From NCBI RefSeq assembly GCF_020745735.1, contig NC_083403.1:127056526-127120525 (forward strand): a DNA stretch of 64,000 nt, in the 5' to 3' direction. Position numbers and translations under genes: made by a program. The stretch is from Hemiscyllium ocellatum (Eukaryota). This document shows positions 51,310 to 64,000 of the stretch, in pieces. The notes beneath the pieces are model-generated. The model searched no databases. It was not told the origin of the DNA and saw only the letters and a list, made by a program, of their open reading frames with translations. Position 1 is the stretch's first letter. Each line of letters opens with the position of its first letter.

Positions 51310-54300
51310 CTGTAATAAATATTTTAAAAATCACATTTTACAAGCTAATGCATTTCCAAACATAACACAAATTAAATGTTACAATCAAGCATCCAAGAAC
51401 TGCACTTGCATTACAAGTGTTTATGGTAGCTGTGCTTTATTATTCTTTCATAGTATGGGACGTTACTGGCTAGGCACATATATTGCCTTGAGGATGTTGG
51501 TGGTGATAATCTTCTCAACAACTTAAATGATTTGCTGGGTCAGTTAAGAGTGGACACATTTGTGCTGGTCTGGAGTCACATACAGAGCAAACTGGGTAAA
51601 GATGGCAGATTTGCTTCCCGAGGAGAAATTAATGTGCCAGATGGAAATTTTACAACAATCCTGCAGTTAACACGGTCACCATTAATTACCAGTTTTTCAT
51701 TCCAGATTTATTAAATACTGTATAGACTCATGTAAAAGTCAAACTTTTTAGATGTTTTTAAGGTTAAATTTATGGGGTCACCTCTTACATGGATACTGCT
51801 TTTGAGGGGCTGAAATTCATGCCAAAATACCATATCATTTCACCGTTTGATTCTCCAGCATGTTTCCATTGCATGATAACTTGTAGTCTTCCTTCTGCTG
51901 ATTTCTGATTATAAACTGATGAAACGAATATATTACTTTCTAGATCAGCAGGCAGCTTTTGTGCTATCTTAATTCCCTGCCAAAGTACTAAGGCATGCCT
52001 CCTCATGAACCTTGTGCATCGCGCAGCACTTGCCTTGAAATCCAAAATTCCATTTTCTTTTGATTAGTTTTGCCAAATTGGTGTGAATTGTACATCAAAA
52101 CACATAATAGCATTAAAAAATTCCTTATTATAACATTTATGTTCAGGATAATAACAGATCAACATTTGTGAGTCAAGGCATCTGTGAAGAACTAAGGTCG
52201 ACTTTTACAAGATATATGGAAAATTCCAGATTTTTTGACCCAACATTGAGGCCGACTTTGTGAGACTGAGTATATACAGTAACTGAATACATACATTCCA
52301 CAGCTACCTCTGACAGTGTGCAGTAACATCCCACTATGTGATACCATTACAGTTAATAACTTAAAATGAAATAGAAAATAGAGTGGCAATCTGTCATGGT
52401 ATAATTCAATGTACCTCTCTTTTGCTTATGGGGAATGCAGGGGGTACATAGCTCCAAGAGGTAAATCTTTATTTAAAGCTTAATTTTTCTAGTTAAAAGA
52501 GAAAATGATTTTTTCTCCTATTTTAACACAGTCTAGCAAAAAGAGTTTTATTTTTTGGACCCTAAAAGCCTCAGAGTGAAAGCACATCCTTTTAGAAGGG
52601 AGATGAGGAGGAGTTTCTTCAGGCAGAGTGTGGTGGATCTGTGGAACTCACTGCCAGAGGCAGCTGAGAAGGTCTAGTCATGGAGTGTAATTAAGACAGA
52701 TAGACAGCTTCTTGAAATATGTGGTTCAAAAGTTGCATGGAGTTGAGAAACTTAACAACCATGACTAAATGACAGAGAAAATGTGATGGGGTGAATAGCC
52801 TAATTCTGCTCCTATATTTTATAGTTTTATTCCCCCGCCACCCTTCCCAATATTTGAGGCTCCTTGGTAAAACAGACAAACTAATTAAAAATCCAAACTT
52901 TATTAAAGTACAAAGCTTTCATAACAGTTCCCCAAAGTTTTTATATTCACAAAAGCTTAAATCATTACAAAAACTGCAGCAATCTTCCCACATTGTTTGC
53001 AAGTACTGATACAGGGAAAAAAAGAAGTCTGACGTGTTAGTTATAAGTGTGATAAGCTAACAATTTCTCCAGTTTTAAATAGTCTAGCTACAACAGTTTT
53101 ACTTTTTGGACCCCAAAAAGGAATATTATAATGGACTTCTACTGCATGTACATCAGTTGTCATGGTTGTAGGTATGTTCGCCAACCTAGGAAGTTGATTT
53201 GCAGACATTTCATCCCCTGTCAGTGCTTTGAAGCCTCCTGTGAAGCGCTGCTGTACTGCATCTTCTGGAATCTATTTAGTCCAGTTTCTGCTGGTTCTGG
53301 TAGTTTGTTGTAGTGGCTGGTATAAGCACCACAAATTTGACTGGGACAACACAACAATGATCTCCAGCATCTGCAGACCTCACTTTCTCCTCCAACACAA
53401 CAATGATAGGACAAGCTAAACAGAGGACAGCCAGAGAATTTCTAGAAGCATGGTGCTCATCCACGGATTCCATCAATAAACACACAGATCTAGACCCACT
53501 GCAACGAATTACTGGAGCCAGCAACCGAAAGCAGCAGAAACGGAATGAAATAAATTCCAAAAGACACAGTACAGCAGCGCTTCACAGCGGGCTCAAAAAC
53601 ACTGAAGATGTCACAGAAAGAAGATGAAACATCTCCAATTCAGCACCCCAGCTCGGCTAATATATCCACAACCTCACCAACCGATTTACAATTCTTTACA
53701 CAAACTTTGAATATATATTAGGAAACTGTTCATTTGGTGGTTACTTCACAACCTATGGTTACAGATTTACTGTTACATTTTCTTCAGACTTGAATGAGAC
53801 AAATAAGCCACGAGTCTTACAATTCAAGTCCAACAAACGAATTGAGCATCTAAATACTGAATTGGGGGCAATATTCTTGAACATGATTCATAGTGTGGAA
53901 CATTAATACGATTCCTTACTCATAAAATCAATGTCCAATTGTTAAAGTGTGAGTGTACACTCAATTTTAAAACACTGATCAAAGTGTTAGATTTGTTTGG
54001 TTTTAAGATTTTCTATTTAGTACCTGAAAACTACATACTCAAAATTCAAATGCTGACAAATGGGATTACATTAATTTAGGATATGTGTTTGGCATGAACA
54101 AGTTGGACTGAAGGGTCGATTTCTGTGCTGTACATCTCTAGGTGTTAATAAGTAAGCATGGATTTGTTGTAACTTTGCATAACCTATTAATAAATGTTTA
54201 CCATCAAGACTCTCAACTGTACAATGAGCATTTGTGAAAGATACTGGAAGGTGAAAGCACCTCAGCATCAGTACACACTTTTAGAAAAGGAGGGAAAGAA

Positions 54301-57300
54301 ATAAATGCAAGCTACATGTTTAATTAACTTAGGTGTATGCACCTGCTAGAGAAAGCATGAAAACATTATCTGAGACCAAGAGCTATTTACAATTGATGCC
54401 AGCTAGGTACATGTGTCGGCTAGGTGAGCCGTGTACAGTGGTAACATTTTTTGAAAAAATGTGCAAACTGGTACCATCTCCAGTAGGTAACAACATTCTT
54501 TCATACTTAACTAGATTAATTAGAATTAATTAATCTTGGGGGGGGGGGGGGGGGGGCAATCTTACTATGAGATAAAAAAGTGCTGTTGCTACTTCACACC
54601 ACCATTCCAAGCATTTTGACCAGGCTTTTTCAGGACTTGCCCGAATGTCATTACGTGGCATTGTCATAAATATTGTTTAATATTACTCGTGTGAAGCATT
54701 TTGAGACAGGTTACTATGCTAAAAGTTCTATATAAATGCATACCTTTGTTATTGGCTGCGTTAGACCTGTGTCACAAGGTATATACAGTGAGAAGTATCA
54801 GGAAATTTACATCTGATTTGTCTTGCAGAGTCTGAGTAAGTTCTATATTGATTCACATCTCTGAAATGTCCCAGTTTTAAAAATCACCAGAGAACAGAGT
54901 TAACAGGCTTTTAAGGCAACAGAATATAAATTACATTTTGTACACCATCTTCGCTTCATGGTCCTCAGATCAGCTGTTTACAGGAAATTTTGGATACAAA
55001 GGAACAGTGGCAAATGTGTTTCAGGTAAGGACAGCATTGCAAAATGTTCATGCTTTGACTGCCATTTCAGGTAAACAGAACATATTATGACACTACAGTC
55101 ACAGAGCTAAACAGCATGGAAACAGACCCTTCAGTCCAACTCATCCACGCCGACCAGATATCCCAACCCATTCTAATCCCACCTGCCAGCACCTGGCCCA
55201 TATCCCTCCAAACCCTTCCTACTCATATACCAATCCAGATGCCTCTTAAAATGTTGCAATTGTATCAGCCTTCACCACATCCTCTGGCAGCTCATTCCAT
55301 ACACGTTCTACCCTCTGTGTGAAAAAGTTGCTCCTTAGGTCTCTTTTACATCTTTCCCCTAAACCTATGCCCTCTAGTTCTGGACTCCCTGACCCCAGGG
55401 AAAAGACTTTGTCTATTTATCCTATCCATGCCCCTCATAATTTTGTAAACCTCTATCAGGTCACCCCTCAGCCTCCAACAATCCAGGGAAAATAGCCCCA
55501 GCCTGTTCAACCTCTGCCTATAGCTCAAATCCTCCAACCCTGGCAACATCCTTGTAAATCTTTTCTGAACCCTTTCAAGATTCACAACATCTTTCCGATA
55601 GGAAGGAGACCAGAATTGAAAGCCATATTCCAACAGTGGCCTAACCAATGTCCTGTACAGCTGCAACATGACCAACTCCTGTACTCAATACTCTGACCAA
55701 TAAAGGAAAGCATACCAAACGCCTTCTTCACTATCCTACTTTCAAGGAGCTATGAACCTGCACTCCAAGGTCTCTTTGTTCAGCAACACTCCCTAGGACC
55801 TTACCATTAAGTGTATAAGTCCTGCTAAGATTTGCTTTCCCAAGATGCAGAACCTCGCATTTATCTGAATTAAACTCCATCTGCCACTTCTCAGCCCATT
55901 GACCCATCTGGTCCAGATCCTGTTGTAATCTGAGGTAACCCTCTTCGCTGTCCACTACACCTCCAATTTTGGTGTCATCTGCAAATTTACTAACTGTACC
56001 TCTTATGCTCGCATCCAAATCATTTATGTAAATGACAAAAAGTAGAGGACCCAGTACCGATCTTTATGGCACTCCACTGGTCACAGGCCTCCAGTCTGAA
56101 AAACAACCCCCCACCAGCACCCTGTCTTCTACCTTTGAGCCAGTTCTGTATCCAATGGCTAGTTCTCCCTGTATTGCATGAGATCTAACCTTGCTAATCA
56201 GTCTCCCATGGGGAACCTTGTCGAACACTTTACTGAAGTCCATATAGGTCACATCTACTGCTCTGCCCTCACAATCTTCTTTGTTACTTCCTCAAAAAAC
56301 TCAATCAAGTTTGTGAGACATGATTTCCCACGCACAAAGCCATGTTTTCTATCCATAATCAGTCCTTGCCTTTCCAAATACCTGCACATCCTGTCTCTCA
56401 GGATTCCCTCCAACAACTTGCTCACCACTGAGGTCAGGCTCACCGGTCATAGTTCCCTGGCTTGTCTTCACCGCCCTTCTTAAACAGTGGCACCACTTTT
56501 GCCAACCTCCAGTCTTCCGGCACCTCACCTGTGACTATCAATGATACAAATATCTCAGCAAGAGGCCCAGCAATCACTTCTCTAGCTTCCCACAGAGTTC
56601 TCAGGTACACCTAATCAAATCCTGAGGATTTATCCACCTTTAACCGTTTCAAGACATCCAGCATTTCCTCCTCTGTAATCAGGACTTTTTGCAAGATGTC
56701 ACTGTCTATTTCCCTATAGTCTATATCTTCCATATCTTTCCACAGTAAATACTGATGCAAAATATTCATTTAGTATCTCCCCCATTTTCTGTGGCTCCAC
56801 ACAAAGGCCACCTTACTGATCTTTGAGGGGCCCTATTCCTTCCCTAGTTACCCTTTTGTCCTTAATATATTTGTAAAAACCCTTTGGATTCTCCTTAATT
56901 CTATTTGCCAAAGCTATCTCATGTGCCCGTTTTTCCCTCCTGATTTCCCTCTTAAGTATACTCCTACTTCCTTTATACTCTAAGGATTCACACAATCCAT
57001 CCTGCCTTTACCTGACATATGCTTCCTGCTTTTTCTTAACCAAACCCTCAATTTCTTTAGTCATCCAGTATTCCTTATACCTACCAGCCTTTCCTTTTAC
57101 CCTGACAAATACACTTTCTCTGGATTCTCGTTGTCTCATTTCTGAAGGCTTCTCATTTTCCAGCTGTCCCTTCACCTGCGAACATCTGCCTCCAATCAGC
57201 TTTTGAAAGTTCTTGCCTAATACCGTCAAAATTGGCCTTTCTCCTATTTAGAACTTCAACTTTTAGATCTGGTCTATCGTTTTCCATCACTATTTTAAAA

Positions 57301-60300
57301 CGAATAGAATTATGGTTGCTGGTCCCAAAGTGCTCCCCCACTGACACCTCAGTCACCTGCCCTGCCCTATTTCCCAACAGTAGGTCAACTTATGCACCTT
57401 CTCTAGGAGGTACATCCACATACTGAATCAGAAAATTGTCTTGTATGCACTTAATAAATTCCTCTAAACCTTTAACACTATGGCAGCCCCAGTCGATGTT
57501 TGAAAAGTTCAAATCCCCTACCATAGCTATCCTATTATTTTTACAGATAACTTACAAGTTTGTTTCTCAATATCCCTCTGACTATTAGGGAGTCTATAAT
57601 ACAATCTCAATAAGGTGATCATCCCTTTCTTATTTCTCAGTTCCACCCAAATAACTTCCCTGGATGTATTTCCAATAATATCCTCCCTCAGCACAGCTGT
57701 AATGCTATCCCTCATCAGATAATTGGACCAACATCCAGTCTAACAGTAATCTTTCAACCACTACAAAATGATGATTATCTGGTTATTCAATCCATTGCTG
57801 TTTATATGGCATTACTGCATGAAAAAAAAAATTCTGTTTACCCTACAAACAGAAACAATTTACTGGCTGGAAAATAATTTGGGACACCTTCAGTTATTAA
57901 AATAGAAGTTTGTTAATTCTGTACTAAACAATAGTATCAGAACAACTTTAAAAGTCTACCAACAGACATGAACATAACAAAACTACATTTAGCTGCTAGA
58001 AAAGAAACCTCACAGATAGTTCCAATTATACGTACACTGGAAGGGAAGAATGTTTTTGTGCTCTCTTCATACTGTTGGTCTAACTTCTTATCCTACAGGG
58101 AAAAAATAAAAGTATCTGTTAATTAACATCTGTGCTCCTTTACTATAGCTGAAATTTCAACACTTATTAAAAACCAATTGTTCCTCTACATAAAATGACT
58201 GATAAGCATTTAGGCCAAATGATGTCTTTTTCTGCATGTACAAGTTGTTTTGGAAATATCCTTAGATTGTAACAGGGTTATTATAGTATTTACAAGAAAA
58301 GAAAAGTAGAGACTAGTCGCAGCTCAATAGCTGTATTGAGATACATTCTGCATAACCAAGAACTCCATAAAGGTACCCTTAAGTAGAACTCCCCTCGTCT
58401 AAAGATAATGACAGACAAAAGTTAGAAATAAACAAGTTCCAAAGAGGAGTCATATTAGACAAAAATTCACACATGTATCCAGACGTCCAATATTTCTCCA
58501 GTACTTCAGATTAGATTCCCTACAATATGGAAACAGGCCCTTCTGCCCAACAAATCCACACCGACCCTCCGAACAGTAACCCACTCAGACCTATTCCCCT
58601 ACCCTATATTTACCCCTGACTAATGCACCTAACACTACAGGCAATTTAGCATGGCCAATTCACCTGACCTGCACATCCTTGGATTGTGGGAGGAAACCGG
58701 AGCACCCGGCGGAAACCAACGCAGACACGGGGAGAACGTGCAAACTCCACACAGTGTTTTTAATCTTTGAACTCAACATTTAGTTCAGCTTCCCTGTTTT
58801 TCTTCCCACATACCTTTTAAAACTTATTTTAAAATATTACCTCTCTCCCTTTTAAAAGGTTTCTGCTTGCACTGTTTTCTGATAGGACAATCCCTACTCC
58901 AACCAGTTTGCTCCATTAAAAAAAATCTTTTAATGTCTTCCTTTCTACAGTGACTTTTCATCTGATGTACTATAACACAGCCTTTCAATTCTGAACAGCT
59001 GTATCATTGCTCCTTTTAATTTAAAAAATGTGATTGAGCAAAAATGACCACAGAACATTGGATACAAAATGTTCCAAAAATTCCTCAGAAAGAATGAACA
59101 TAAAAATGTATCTGTCTTTCTTACCACACAATGGACAAGAATGCTGAGGGGAATCCAAAACACGAGAGAGAATACGACAACGGATCCAACAATATTATCT
59201 GCTAAGAATTTCCCTATAAAAAGGAGAAGTATTAACATTTTCAGTAAAACACATTTTCAACTTTGATGAGGTAATTTTTCTAAGTTTCATCCTTTGCTCC
59301 TTTGATTACTGAATAGCAATTCCCCTAACATTAAGATACATTTACATCTATTTTCAGGCAATTTTTCTTTTACAATGTCTAGGATGCCCCTGGCTTAAAT
59401 TTTGTGTCATCAATTTAGCATACTCTATGCTTTGCTGTGCGTTTAAGGCAATGCCAATCAAAAATGAGGAAAAAGCTCAAAATTTAAATTTATCTCACTA
59501 AACCAAGGAATATCCACAGTGAAGGCTTCCCAAAGTCCTGTAATAAATTCAGCTAGCAAGAAAATTGGGAGGCTGGCACATGCAAAACAAATTTGCTCGA
59601 TAGGTGAGCAATTCAACCCAAACCATCATCCAATTACAGATTAATTTTCGATAATGCCGGTGAAGTACCTGAAAGTCTTCCATTTTGCACAGACCTGAAA
59701 ACTCTAGGATACTAAAGCAAGTTCCAACTCTCATCCTCATTGAGATTAGCTAACACAGGCCAGTCGCTGAAATTAGAACCATTCCAGTTGGAATGTCAAA
59801 ACTGTACAAAAGTTACATTTATCTGATGTGGCATTTTAGGATCCAACTGTTCAGCGGCAAATCAAGCAGCTAATGGTTTCTTACACGCTTGCAATTCTGA
59901 AAATTCTTACATTCAACTTAAGTGGATATTTTGCTCAGAATTGATTTAACACCTCATGACTTTCTTTGTTAGAAAACACAAAACAAGCACACAATGGTCT
60001 ACTGATTTTTTGTTCTGACACGGGGCATCAACACAACACTGCAGCCACATGGTGAGTGAAAAACAGTGTGCTTTATGATCCGAGTGAACAGGTTTGCAAA
60101 TCTCTCCTCCTTCCGAAGGCCTGAGCATACATCGAAGAAATTGAGTAGCTAACATGCCACCTCGTCTCTTTGATAGAATTAACAGCCACTACTATGTGGA
60201 AAGGTTTCTTGACAAAAAATATTCATATGGTCAGCTTTGAGGTTCGTCTAGTATGTAATGCCAACAGGACAAATCACTTATAATTTAGTATTAACCAAAA

Positions 60301-63300
60301 ATTCATTTTATGGATAATTTTACCTACCCTAAACTCAACTGGTTTAAAAATGTACAAAGTTTAGACTCGTTTTTTTGACATCACAAATGCAATTTACCGA
60401 GAAGGCCTTTTTATTGAGGCAGGAATGAAAGAATTTAGGAGAATACAAGATTCGTGAGCTTACCAAATGTGTTAATATCCAATTTCTCAATGAAGTCCCA
60501 GAATCGTTCTATTACATCCTGTACTTGCTTTTCACATTTGCCCTGTAGAAACAAAGAAAAATATTAAGCTACCTTTCCACCATTAGGTCAATGAATGGCT
60601 TTTACAGTTATGCATCTGAAAGTTACAGTATTACATTTTTTGGACAGCAATGATGGTTCTGCTGTTGCAATTATGCAGGTTCATTATCATCATCATCTTT
60701 CATAATCAGTCATTCATTTCTCCTGCTTTTCACCCTATCACAATGCTTTATGATTTCATCCCACCACTTTACCAAGCATTTCCAGTACTCTGTTATTTTA
60801 GTCCAACTCTGAAGTCAGATTCAGATCGGACTCCTGAAATAACCCAACAACTACCATGCTGAATGTTGGACCAGACATGGAAAACTCAAAACTTTTCTCT
60901 TAGAATTGCTACGTTAATCTGTTCAGAGAAAAAGGTCATAGTCTTTTCAGAACAAAGTGCTTCTAAAAATGCTGCATTTTTAGAAAGGCTATTTCAATCA
61001 GACAGAGGCTGAAAAAAGCTGAGTGAGAAGACTCCACTTTTGCAATTGTCCAAAAGATTTGAGGTACTTACATTTTTTTTTACAGGTTATTCTGCAATAA
61101 AACGGGTTTTGATAACACAAATTCAGTGTAACAGGATTGACAAGTTGGGGACACTGTTTCTAAAGTGCAAACTTTTAAAGCATGTATTGGTTATAACATG
61201 ATACTGGGCCCATTAGTTTAAATGGTGCTGCTATTACGTGACTTTCTTATAACACAGGATTGCACAAGAACAGAACTAACACATTACAGGAGAACTGACT
61301 ATATAGACAAAAGTGGGAGTTGGAGCGTGAATGAGCTGATCATGGCACCAAGGTACAGGAAATCATCCAAATGGGGGAATTGGAAAGAATGTAGTGGTAT
61401 TAGGGAGCAGTATAGTCAGGGATTACTAACCATTCTCTGCGGTCAGCAACAAAACTGCACAATGCCATATAGCCTGCGTGGGGCCAGAATTCAGGAGATC
61501 TGCATGGGCCACCAGAACCTGTACCAGACAAAGTGGGATTGTACCATTGGGACAAACGTTAGCTGAACCATCTTGGGGTCAGTGTCCCAACAAGTGGTAA
61601 AACTAGGAAGGTAGAGAGGAATTTTAGTTACGTAAAAACCAAAAAAACTGGATGCAGTAAATCAGAAATTTAAAAAAAATTGCTGGAAAAGCTCAACAGG
61701 TCTGGCAGCACCAATGGACAGAAATGAGAGTTAATGTTTTGGGTCGAGCCACCCTTCCTCAGAACCTTTATATTGAGTAGACGAGGGAAGCGATCACACA
61801 GCAAATGGTTGAGTGAATCAAAGAGAAATGACAAGGCAATAGACCAAGGTGTTATAAAGGTAATGATTATCAAAGTATGGCAGGAAGGGACAGTGACTGC
61901 AAACTTAAGAATGTCCTGACAGATAGGCCCAGAGTTTGAAAAACAGTACTCAGGGTCTATATCTGAATGATGACGATAATGATGAATGGGCAGCGTGATG
62001 AAGATTCTTAATAAAGCATTGCTAATCCAAGAATCTAAAGTGGAACAAAATGGTTTTTGGTATGTGGTTGCAGTGTGACTCTCTTAAAACCAAAGTACAA
62101 CACAACATTTACAATTAGTTATGTGATTGGAGTTAAATGACCAGAAACCACCTGGAGAGGTCATTACTAAGGTGTTTGCTGACTTGCGTCTAGAGAGAGA
62201 GCGCGAGAAAACATTAGTGAGACCACGCTTGGGATACTACGTTAATTTTTTTATCTGTCAAGAAATTACATAGTTGCATAGAGGAGGTGCAACAAAGGTT
62301 CACTAAAATAATTCATGGGATTCCAGGGTCATCTTATGAGGGAAGATTAAGTCATCAGGCTAATATTCTCAAGAATGAGAGGTGATCTCATTCAAAGCTG
62401 TCAGAGGGGTTCCCATGGCCACAGGAGTCTAAACCAGGGGACAGTGTCAAAATAAGGGGCAGGCCATTTGACACTGAAATATGGAGGATTTTTCCTACTC
62501 AAAGGGTAAGACTTTGGAATTTTTGGAGTACATTCATGACTGAGATTAATACATAATCCTGAAAAGCATTGTACATTAAGGAATTGCCCAAAAAGCAGAT
62601 CTTATTAAAATGAGTTTTATTAATTAGCTTTACCAAAGAATTAAATAAAAGACTTCCAGTTGTGAATACAAAATACATTTTTAAGTGACTAAACAAGATT
62701 TGCTCAGGTAGTCTGACTAAACAAGATTTGCTCAGGTAGTCTGTTACATTCAAATGCTGAAATGGCACTATATGGAACTATAGAACAGGAGAAAGTGAGG
62801 ACTGCAGATGCTGGAGATGAGAGCTGAAAATGTGTTGCTGGAAAAGCGCAGCAGGTCAGGCAGCATCAACATTTCGGGCATAAGCCCTTCTTCAGGAATG
62901 AGGAGGGTGTGCCATGCAGGCTACGATAAAAGGTAGGGAGGAGGGACTTGGGGGAGGGGTGTTGGGAATGCGATAGATGAGAGGAGGTTAAGGTGAGGGT
63001 GATTGGCCAGAGAGGGGTTGGGAAGAAGATTGCAGGTCAACAAGGGTTGCTAGGTGAAAGACGAGGTGCCCTTCCTCCAGGCGTCGTGTTGCCATGGTCT
63101 GGCGATGGAGGCGACCAAGGATCTGCATGTCTTGGCGGAGTGGGAGGGGGAGTTAAAGTGTTCAGCTACAGGGCGGTTGGGTTGGTTGGTGCGGGTGTCC
63201 CAGAGGTGTTCTCGGAACTATAGAACAGTCTAATAACTAACAACAATCACGGTTTGTAGTTCATTTACCCAAGGGCATGGCACCATAGGTTACACCAGCA

Positions 63301-63657
63301 TTAAGACAACACCAACAGGCTAAGATCTCAGAAGCAGTGATTCATCCATTGGACTGAATGAAGATATGGCTCAAAAATAATTTGAGATGGCTAGAAAAGT
63401 AGTAAAAATTTAACAAAGGACAATAAACCTTTTAAAGTAAACATGTTCTTGTTAAATGCAAATTATCGCAAGTCACATAAACCATAGATACACATCCATA
63501 ATCATGCAGGAATAAAAGTTACCACTTACATGTCCATCACAGAATCCAACTGTGCAGGGTTTCCCTTTGCGCAGGTACAGGAATTTGTTGTTTTTATCTA
63601 CATACGGTCTACAAATTCCATTATCTTTGCAGCAAACTTTACAGGAATCATCCGTCT
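50956..63657 (-). CDS. ADAM17: ADAM17 (TACE), partial: last five coding exons (membrane-proximal domain, CANDIS, TM helix, cytoplasmic tail); gene continues beyond the window end
   Basis: [26 protein letters not shown] segment and C-terminal RIDSKETEC* all match ADAM17. Confidence 0.96.
52567..53066. repeat. Dispersed direct duplicate of 50085-50576 (CR1 tail plus distal ADAM17 3' region)
   Basis: Colinear, near-identical over about 500 bp including unique sequence. Confidence 0.92.
53165..53710. mobile_element. PLE remnant (inverted repeats plus GIY-YIG C-terminal AREFLEAW) with a nested 32-bp PLE-terminus insertion
   Basis: ORF 53403-53627; CAACACAACAATGAT duplicated at 53347 and 53393. 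Confidence 0.75.
55096..57715 (-). mobile_element. CR1/HER1-type LINE, about 2.6 kb, fragmented ORF2 (part of APE endonuclease plus RT)
   Basis: Series of minus-strand ORFs: [43 protein letters not shown]-like. Confidence 0.92.
58036..58092 (-). CDS. ADAM17: ADAM17 exon (18 equivalent; [19 protein letters not shown])
   Basis: TAG/GTACGT, phase 0 at both ends. Confidence 0.92.
58508..58755 (-). mobile_element. HE1-type SINE, 5'-truncated
   Basis: Tail and V-domain on -. Confidence 0.85.
59125..59213 (-). CDS. ADAM17: ADAM17 exon (17 equivalent; [30 protein letters not shown], transmembrane)
   Basis: TAG/GTAAGA. Confidence 0.95.
60464..60542 (-). CDS. ADAM17: ADAM17 exon (16 equivalent; [26 protein letters not shown])
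   Basis: CAG/GTAAGC. Confidence 0.95.
62686..62743. repeat. Perfect 28-bp tandem duplication TGACTAAACAAGATTTGCTCAGGTAGTC x2
   Basis: Read directly. Confidence 0.9.
62789..63213 (-). mobile_element. 5'-truncated PLE of a second family (GIY-YIG C-terminus plus terminal repeat) with a perfect 15-bp TSD
   Basis: [24 protein letters not shown] on -; GGAACTATAGAACAG at 62774 and 63214. Confidence 0.82.
63530..63657 (-). CDS. ADAM17: ADAM17 exon (human exon 15 equivalent; TDDSCKVCC...[14 protein letters not shown])
   Basis: Minus-strand TAG acceptor, GTAAGT donor. Confidence 0.95.
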
Positions 63658-64000
63658 CTAAGTACAATAAAATAATTTAGAATACCATTGTAATATACAT
63701 CAATTCAACAAAATAGTAATACATTAAAGTCAGATGAGAATGTAATGCCAAAGTTCAACAAGAAAATGAAATTTGGCCATCACCAGGTGTTGTCAATGTA
63801 TATATAGGATTTCAATTCTCTCTAACTGCCCATCATTACCATCTTACTATTCCGCTTTAGGCAACGACTGAGTGAAGACTCGGTTCCACGAGCAACAGCA
63901 ACACTTCCCCAATTTTGCCATTTTGAGGAACGTTAAGACCAAGTGGCTGGCAATTCTGTCTTCAATGGAATTCTCTTGTATTTGAAATATCAAGTTATCA

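Noticed and set aside
54538-54556. G homopolymer of about 19 nt
   Set aside because: Isolated simple run in an intron with no supporting context

Overview
Vertebrate genomic DNA from a cartilaginous fish: the HE1-type V-SINEs, CR1/HER1-type LINEs and Penelope-like elements point to a shark, probably a carpet/bamboo shark (inference). It holds three spliced genes in the same order and orientation as human 2p25. CPSF3 is complete on + (18 coding exons, 1551-31653, 693 aa, last intron GC-AG). IAH1 is complete on + (6 exons, 32946-46185, 238 aa). ADAM17 is on - with only its last five coding exons present (63657-50956). Introns and intergenic DNA are full of SINEs, CR1 fragments (one young, with an intact RT frame), L2-like remnants and Penelope-like elements (PLEs). 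The most notable features are: (1) a 530-bp copy of CPSF3 exon 17 plus intron, ending exactly at a CR1 3' tail and flanked by a 9-bp TSD, inserted in intron 14 of the same gene; (2) a 500-bp copy of the ADAM17 3'-end/poly(A) region inserted in the last ADAM17 intron; (3) several PLE terminal repeats carrying minimal hammerhead-ribozyme motifs, with compensatory stem II changes between copies. Exon boundaries were read by hand from splice sites and reading frame; repeat boundaries are approximate.
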